Of a stretch of 64,000 bases of DNA, positions 58,155 through 64,000 are shown piece after piece. A program made the position numbers and the translations under genes. The DNA is from Desulfobacterales bacterium (GTDB lineage Bacteria; Desulfobacterota; Desulfobacteria; Desulfobacterales; UBA2174). The number at the start of each line of letters is the position of its first letter. The stretch's first letter is position 1. The notes below the pieces were generated by a model. That model was given only the letters and a program-made list of their open reading frames with translations, ran no database searches and was not told where the DNA came from. Where the stretch lies: assembly GCA_963668645.2 (NCBI GenBank), contig CAXXWC010000021.1:544001-608000 (forward strand), read 5' to 3'.

Positions 58155-60239
58155 TTATACCCCGTTTTTCCCGATGCGGCCAGCCGTTCCGGCAACGGCC
58201 GTGGTATGGCACTCGATGCGGTACTTTTTCAGTTTTCGGTACAAGGTGCCCCGGGAAATATTCAATTCCCTGGCACAACTAGCGATATTGCCGTTGTGGC
58301 GCCCCAGTGCCTCCACGATGAGCCGGCGCTCATGGCTGCTCAAGTCGCTGCCGGGCATCTGCCCACACAGGGAATCACGGCCGTTTTGGGTCAAAACGCA
58401 GGCCGGCAGGGCCCGGACCGTAATACGATTTGCCGTGGCCATGATCAGGGCTTTTTCGATCACATTCTTCAACTCCCGTACGTTTCCCGGCCAACCATAG
58501 CCGCACAGGGCCTGTAAGGCGTCCTCTTCAATCGTTACCGGCGGCAGGTTGTACTGCAAGCATAGCTCCGCTGCCCAATGGGCGGCCAACAGCGGGATGT
58601 CTTCCCGGCGATCGCGTAGCGCCGGCAGCATGACATCCGCCACGGCGATACGGTAATAGAGGTCCTCTCTAAAAATGCCGCGACGCACCAGTTCGTGCAT
58701 GTCCCGGTTGGTAGCGGCGATGATCCGTACATCGACCTGGCGCGATTCGTTGGAACCGAATCGGGTGATCGTCTTTTCCTGGATCGCCCGCAGCAGTGCG
58801 ACCTGCATCGGCGGGGGCATTTCTCCGATCTCATCCAAGAACAGGGTCCCGCCTTGGGCGTATTCGAACTTGCCCATCCCACCGCCCTTGCGCGCCCCGG
58901 TAAAGGCCCCTTCCTCGTAGCCGAACAGTTCGCTGTACAAAAGCTCCTTGGGGATGGCACCGCAGTTGATCCCGACATACCGGCCCCGGCGGCGGCTCAT
59001 GGCATGAATCACCCGCGCCACGACTTCCTTGCCGCTGCCGCTCTCACCCTGGAGCAGAACGTTGGTGGGAAAGGGTGCGATCTTGGAAACAACACTTTTC
59101 AACGCTTGCCAGGCGGGACTGTCGCCGATGCCGTTGCAGGCGGCGAAGATGCCGCCGGCATCATCTTCCGTGACGGCTGCAGAACGATAAATCTTTCGTA
59201 ATTCCGAATTGTTGTTCTGAGTATCGAAGATCAGCACGAGATCTTCTTCGACGCGATCGGCGCGAATCAACTCGGCCTGGCAAAAGCCACGGGCCTGGTC
59301 GCCGTGCCGGTCTTTGAAAATCAATCGAGCCCCATCCAAGGTCCGGGCCCCGGCATCGACAAGTTGCTCCAGATCCTTCGGGTCCGCCAAAAGCGTATCG
59401 ATCCGGGTGCCGGCCAGGCGATCGGAACCATGCCCGACGGCCTTTTCAAAGCCACGGCTGGCAGCCTTGACAACTCCGTCCCGGTCCAGAACGGCTACAT
59501 CTTGGGGACAGGCCTCGATCATGGCCTGGAAAAAGCGACCCGCGCTGTCGTGGGAAAGGCGCGGCCTGCCTTCCAGTCGATCGGCGGCCAGGCGGGCCGC
59601 GGCGCTGATCAGCGCCAGGGTTCCGGCCGGCAGCGGTTCGAAGGGATTGACGGCATGCAGATAGCCGGCCGGTTGGTCGTTGGGCTTTAAAATAGGGCTG
59701 CTCACACCGCTGTAGCTGTGGGCGGAGATAGCGTAATGCTCGTAGGTGTCCACGCGCACCGGAATGTTTTCAACCATCGCCAGCGCGATGCAGCTTGTGC
59801 CTTCCTGGGTCTCGGAGTAGTAGGCCGCCAGGGACCGGGGGTAGTACTTCAGCGGGCTGAGCAGGTCCAGGACATAACCGGACCGGTCGCTGATCGATAT
59901 GTTCACGTTGAGCAGCGCCATGGCCAGGCGCATGATCGGGCCGGTGGCAAAGAGCAGATCCCGGCTCTCGGCGCGCTTGCCTTCGAGTTCGCCAAAGCGG
60001 GGCTTGGATGCCGCCGTCCAGGGATCCAGACCGGCCGCACGGCATCGCTGCCACGAACGGGCGATGATGGGACGCACCCGGTCCTCGAGCAGAATCCCAT
60101 CAACGACAAACGCTTTCCAAGCTTCGAAACTCGGCGCGGCTAATCCTTCTGACAACGCCCCCGGCCCTCCATCTGCGATCGGCATAGGCTGGGCCTTGAT
60201 TCTCGGCGGCCCCTCGGCGACGTAAACGGGGCGATCCAA
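58155..60239 (-). CDS. sigma54-dependent activator (GAF-PAS-AAA+-Fis HTH, AcoR-like)
   Basis: I..SWQRC, GESGSGKE, ELFGYEEGAFTGA, LFLDEIGEM, WPGNVREL, SRGTLYRK; exact start uncertain. Confidence 0.92.
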   Translation of the reverse strand: MDRPVYVAEGPPRIKAQPMPIADGGPGALSEGLAAPSFEAWKAFVVDGILLEDRVRPIIARSWQRCRAAGLDPWTAASKPRFGELEGKRAESRDLLFATGPIMRLAMALLNVNISISDRSGYVLDLLSPLKYYPRSLAAYYSETQEGTSCIALAMVENIPVRVDTYEHYAISAHSYSGVSSPILKPNDQPAGYLHAVNPFEPLPAGTLALISAAARLAADRLEGRPRLSHDSAGRFFQAMIEACPQDVAVLDRDGVVKAASRGFEKAVGHGSDRLAGTRIDTLLADPKDLEQLVDAGARTLDGARLIFKDRHGDQARGFCQAELIRADRVEEDLVLIFDTQNNNSELRKIYRSAAVTEDDAGGIFAACNGIGDSPAWQALKSVVSKIAPFPTNVLLQGESGSGKEVVARVIHAMSRRRGRYVGINCGAIPKELLYSELFGYEEGAFTGARKGGGMGKFEYAQGGTLFLDEIGEMPPPMQVALLRAIQEKTITRFGSNESRQVDVRIIAATNRDMHELVRRGIFREDLYYRIAVADVMLPALRDRREDIPLLAAHWAAELCLQYNLPPVTIEEDALQALCGYGWPGNVRELKNVIEKALIMATANRITVRALPACVLTQNGRDSLCGQMPGSDLSSHERRLIVEALGRHNGNIASCARELNISRGTLYRKLKKYRIECHTTAVAGTAGRIGKNGV

Positions 60240-60412
60240 CCAGCCGTCGTTGTGCCCGTGTTAACCATACCTTCCGGTCGACTGTCAACTTGGCCTTGAA
60301 CAGGCTGCTTCGGACACTTTGTTCCACATCACAACAGCTTGCAGTGCGGCAGAACGGCTTGATTTTGTACAACACACCAGAATTTTTCGAATTTTCGTTT
60401 CCAGGCGGTCGA

Positions 60413-60428
60413 TGGCATCCAGATTGCT
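60413..60428 (+). promoter_or_regulatory. sigma54 (-24/-12) promoter
   Basis: TGGCATCCAGATTGCT, GG-N10-GC, 90 bp upstream of the acyl-CoA dehydrogenase and divergent from the activator. Confidence 0.85.
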
Positions 60429-60517
60429 CTACCAGCGCCACAGACCCGGGACGAACCGCCGAACATAGCGACGGCCAAAATTGACCGAATCACGTTTCCA
60501 TCCAAGGGAGATATCCA

Positions 60518-61663
60518 ATGGACTTTGCCTTGACCGAAGAACAGGAATTGCTGGTTGAAAGTCTCACCGAACTGCTGCAGCGCGAATGCCCCGAAAGCTA
60601 CATCAAGGAATGCGACGAAAATCACACCTACCCCATCAGGCTGAAAAAAGCCTTGGTGGACAACGGCTTTTCCCTTATGGGCATCCCCGAGGAATACGGC
60701 GGCACACCGTGCGATTGCCTGACGATGATCCTGCTTTCCGAGACCTGCGTGCGCAACGGAGTGCCGGGATATTTCTGGGGCGAGCAGCTTCAGATCGACG
60801 GCATCCTGACCTTCGGCAACGAGGAACAGAAGCGGCTCGTGCTGGACATCGCCAAGCAGGGACTGCCGCCTTTCGCCCTCGGATTCACCGAGCCGGGCGC
60901 CGGGTCGAACAGCGCCGCGATCACCTGCACGGCCACGCGCAGAAACGGCAAGGTCTACATCAACGGCCAGAAGACCCTGATCTCCTACCTCGACAAGGCC
61001 CCGTACACCCTGCTGCTGACCCGCGACCTGGAACACCCCGATCCGTACAGGGCGATGAGCATGTGGCTGGTGCCCAACGACGCGCCGGGATTGAAGATCA
61101 ACAACTTCAAGAAGATCGGCTGGAACATGACCACCTCCAGCGAGATGTTCTTCGACAACGTCGAAATCGAGGAATCGGCCCTGGTCGGCAAGGAAGGGGC
61201 CGGCTTCATCCAGTTGATGAAAAACTTCGAAATCGAGCGGCTGGTCGGCTGCGCCACCATCCTCGGCGCCGCCGAGATGGTTTATGAAGACGCGGCCCGC
61301 TACGCCACCCAGCGCGTCCAGTTCGGCAAGCCGATCGGCGCCTTCCAGCTCATCCAGCAGAAGATCACCGACATGGCCATCAAGATCGAAAACATGCGCA
61401 ACATGCTCTACAAGTGCGCCTGGGAAAAGGACCGCGGCATGCCGCTGCAGATCTCCTCGGCCCTGTGCAAGCGCTACTGCGGCATGGCCGGCTGGGAGGT
61501 GATCGACGAAGCGCTGCAGATCTTCGGCGGCATCGGCTACACCTCGGAAACGCGTATCTCGCGGGTCTGGCGCGATGCACGCGTGGCGCGCATCGGGGCC
61601 GGCACCGACGAAATCATGGTCCACGCGGCCGGCCGCGCCATCTTCAAAAAGTTCAGCAAGTAA
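60518..61663 (+). CDS. acyl-CoA dehydrogenase, CaiA/YdiO-like
   Basis: MDF.LTEEQELL, E.Y...CD....YP, TEPGAGS, KIGW, R.QFGKPI..FQ.IQ, GTDEIM. Confidence 0.9.
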   Translation: MDFALTEEQELLVESLTELLQRECPESYIKECDENHTYPIRLKKALVDNGFSLMGIPEEYGGTPCDCLTMILLSETCVRNGVPGYFWGEQLQIDGILTFGNEEQKRLVLDIAKQGLPPFALGFTEPGAGSNSAAITCTATRRNGKVYINGQKTLISYLDKAPYTLLLTRDLEHPDPYRAMSMWLVPNDAPGLKINNFKKIGWNMTTSSEMFFDNVEIEESALVGKEGAGFIQLMKNFEIERLVGCATILGAAEMVYEDAARYATQRVQFGKPIGAFQLIQQKITDMAIKIENMRNMLYKCAWEKDRGMPLQISSALCKRYCGMAGWEVIDEALQIFGGIGYTSETRISRVWRDARVARIGAGTDEIMVHAAGRAIFKKFSK

Positions 61664-61687
61664 CCGTCTGCCGAAAGGAAAACGCTC

Positions 61688-62914
61688 ATGGAAAACAGCC
61701 AAACACTCCGGTCCGGCATTCTTGCCGGTGTCAAGGTGCTCAGCGTCACCTCCGTGGTGGCCGGACCGTTCGCACCGGGCCTGTTCGCCGAGCACGGCGC
61801 CGACGTGATTCATGTCGAAAACGCCCAGATGCCCGACACGCTGCGGGCCTTCGGCGAAACATGGTCCATGGAGCACCGCAACCAGCGCACCATCGCCCTG
61901 GATGTGGCCTCGGCAGAAGGCAAGAAAATCATCACCCGCCTTCTGAAACACTGCGAGATCTTCTTCGAATCGTCCAAGGCCCGGACCTGGGACAAGTGGG
62001 GGCTCACCGATGAGACGCTGTGGCAGATCAATCCGGCCCTGGTGATCGTGCACGTTTCCGGGTATGGCCAGAGCGGCGATCCGGACTACCTGGCCTACAC
62101 CTCCTACGATCCCATCGGCCAGGCCTTCAGCGGCTTCATGGCCCTCAACGGGATGCCCGACCCCCTGCCCCCGCTTTCCATCGGCCCGTACGCCTGCGAC
62201 TACGTCACCGGGTTCACCGCGGCCTGGGCTTCGCTGGCCGCCCTGCTGCGCGCCCGACAGACCGGCCAGGGCGAAAGTATCGATGTGTCGCAGTACGAAT
62301 CGATGGCCCGCATCACCGGCGGTTATCCCATCGAGGGGTTCAACAAGGGGATCCAGCATCCGCGCCGGGGCAACACCCATCTGGGCCTGTCGGTCTACAA
62401 GTGCCATGACGACAAGTGGGTCGTCATCGTCCCGGTCGGCGCCACCATCCTGCGGCGCATCGTCGACGCCATCGGTCTGGACAGCGACCCGGACTTTGAC
62501 CGCCTGCCGCCGGTCTTCGCACCGGGGGGCGGACCGGTGGCCGAAAAGTTCTTCAAAGCGATCGAGGCGTTTTGCCAGGACCACTCCTCCGACGAGGTCC
62601 AGGACCGGCTGCGCACGGCCCAGATCCCCTGCAGCAAGGTGATGGAATTTTCCGACATGCTGGCCAACTCCCAGTACCGGGCCCGCCACACCATCATCCG
62701 CTGGAACGACCCCAAGCTCGGCGAAATCCAGGGGATCGGGGTTGTACCGAAATTCAGCCGCCATCCAGGCGCGATCGACACGGGCAGCCCGACCTACGGG
62801 ATGCACAACGAAGCGGTGCTCGGCGAACTGGGCTACGACGAAGAAGAGATCCAGCGGTTGTACGAACAGCGGATCATCAACAAGTTCCGGCCCTCAAAGC
62901 CGGCGTCGCACTGA
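61688..62914 (+). CDS. caiB: class III CoA-transferase, CaiB-like
   Basis: AGPF...FAE.GA.VI..EN....DT.R, E.SK......G.TDE.LW..NP.LVI.H.SG.GQ, QAFSG....NG, GESID. Confidence 0.8.
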   Translation: MENSQTLRSGILAGVKVLSVTSVVAGPFAPGLFAEHGADVIHVENAQMPDTLRAFGETWSMEHRNQRTIALDVASAEGKKIITRLLKHCEIFFESSKARTWDKWGLTDETLWQINPALVIVHVSGYGQSGDPDYLAYTSYDPIGQAFSGFMALNGMPDPLPPLSIGPYACDYVTGFTAAWASLAALLRARQTGQGESIDVSQYESMARITGGYPIEGFNKGIQHPRRGNTHLGLSVYKCHDDKWVVIVPVGATILRRIVDAIGLDSDPDFDRLPPVFAPGGGPVAEKFFKAIEAFCQDHSSDEVQDRLRTAQIPCSKVMEFSDMLANSQYRARHTIIRWNDPKLGEIQGIGVVPKFSRHPGAIDTGSPTYGMHNEAVLGELGYDEEEIQRLYEQRIINKFRPSKPASH

Positions 62915-62931
62915 AACTCTGGAGCGAAACG

Positions 62932-63687
62932 ATGCGCATCATCTGCTGCTATAAACTCGTCGTTGATGAACAGGACATCCGGGTCAACACCGACCGGAGC
63001 CTGTCTTTCGACGGCGCCCAATGGAAAATCGGACTCTACGATCTGAACGCCGTCGAGGCCGGCAAACAACTGGCCGAAAAAACAGGCGGCACCCTCACCG
63101 CCTTGAGCGCCGGCGGCGACATCCTGCAAAACTCCAAACTGAAAAAGGCGATCCTCTCGCGCGGTCCCGACGCATTGTTCACCGTCAGCGACGGCGCGAT
63201 AGAAGAGGCCGACACCCACCTGACGGCCCGCGTGCTGGCCGGCGCCATCGGCAAGATGGGACCCTTCGATCTAGTGATCTGCGGCGAGGGTTCGGCCGAT
63301 CTTTACGCTGGCCAGGTAGGGCCCCAGATCGGCCAGCTCCTCGGCCTGCCCGTGCTCAACGCCGTTTGCAGGATCGAACCGGCCGCCGCCGGGCTGAGGC
63401 TCGAACGGGCTCTGGAGGATGGGGTGGAGATCCACGAAATCGATCTGCCGGCCGTCGTATGCGTCACCAGCGACATCAACCTGCCGCGGATTCCGGGCAT
63501 GAAGGAGATCCTGGCCGCCGGCCGCAAGCCCACCACCGAATGGACCCTGGCCGATCTGGGCCTGGCCGGTGGTCCGGCCGCCACTGAAATCGTGGCGACC
63601 CTGGCCCCGGAACAGGTCGATCGCAAGCGGATCATCCTCGAAGGCGAGGACGCGGTCGACGAAATCTTCCAGCAGATCTGCAACTGA
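62932..63687 (+). CDS. fixA: electron transfer flavoprotein beta subunit, FixA-like
   Basis: MRIICCYK.V.DEQDI.VN.D.SL.F..A..KI..YDLNAVEA, LSRGPD, G.GS.DLYA.QVG, IP.MK.IL.A. Confidence 0.88.
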   Translation: MRIICCYKLVVDEQDIRVNTDRSLSFDGAQWKIGLYDLNAVEAGKQLAEKTGGTLTALSAGGDILQNSKLKKAILSRGPDALFTVSDGAIEEADTHLTARVLAGAIGKMGPFDLVICGEGSADLYAGQVGPQIGQLLGLPVLNAVCRIEPAAAGLRLERALEDGVEIHEIDLPAVVCVTSDINLPRIPGMKEILAAGRKPTTEWTLADLGLAGGPAATEIVATLAPEQVDRKRIILEGEDAVDEIFQQICN

Positions 63688-63711
63688 CCCCTGGCAAGGA
63701 GATCGCACAAC

Positions 63712-64000
63712 ATGGGCAAAATTGATAACGTATTCGTCTTTGCCGACCGGGCCGAAGCCCTGGACGACCTTTGCACCGGTGCCGCCGATTTGGGCGGTCC
63801 GGTAACGGCCCTGGTCTTCGATAAAGACGGAGAGAATCGCGCCAGGGACTGCGGGGCCGATGCCATATATCAAATGGGCGACGGCGCACCGCACCCGGTC
63901 GAAGCGTATTTCGAAACGATTTACGACCGGGTCGCCCAGGAGCGGCCAAATCTGGTGCTGATCCGCGGCAACGCCCGCGGCAAGCTCATCGCCGGCCGTC
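63712..64000 (+). CDS. fixB: electron transfer flavoprotein alpha subunit, FixB-like (partial)
   Basis: Manual translation MGKIDNVFVFADRAEALDDLCTGAADLGG...CGADAIYQM...RGKLIAGR; AGGAG RBS; follows fixA. Confidence 0.8.
   Translation, partial: MGKIDNVFVFADRAEALDDLCTGAADLGGPVTALVFDKDGENRARDCGADAIYQMGDGAPHPVEAYFETIYDRVAQERPNLVLIRGNARGKLIAGR

Noticed and set aside
60329..62806. 825-aa minus-strand ORF (and similar long antisense ORFs at 16260-18215, 27946-29685, 30951-32510)
   Set aside because: Mirror frames of well-supported genes on the opposite strand

Overview
This 64 kb window is bacterial chromosome, most consistent with an anaerobic deltaproteobacterium (Desulfobacterota-like). That assignment is inferred from gene content such as the purD-purE fusion, a Cys-rich Crp/Fnr regulator and a sigma54 activator. 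Bases 1-15.2 kb are a visibly more AT-rich polysaccharide locus next to tRNA-Leu(CAA). It holds a wzx flippase, an IS1634, and an intact CDP-sugar cluster (rfbF, rfbG, epimerase, C-methyltransferase, reductase, CmcI-like methyltransferase). It also holds a ~6.5 kb graveyard of small modules: ORF6N, IS701, an intact vapBC, relBE and phd genes killed by nonsense codons, several truncated sugar-epimerase/acetyltransferase fragments and an IS21 remnant. These modules are separated by heptamer repeat runs and recurrent GGGG(A/T)C junction motifs, and the region is headed by a c-di-GMP-I riboswitch plus terminator. Bases 15.7-64 kb are GC-rich backbone: tsaC, purD-purE, ddl, copZ/copA and an Xaa-Pro peptidase; an opine dehydrogenase/ornithine cyclodeaminase/Dpp-type ABC operon with a two-component system, a second binding protein and tandem palindromic operators; aapJQM without an ATPase; a second Dpp ABC operon behind a giant M14 peptidase; an ArsB/NhaD-type permease coupled to an apparently non-catalytic eIF-2B-like protein; a small decayed patch; and a sigma54-driven caiA/caiB/fixA/fixB-like operon running off the right edge. 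All calls come from reading the sequence and recognising motifs. No searches were run.
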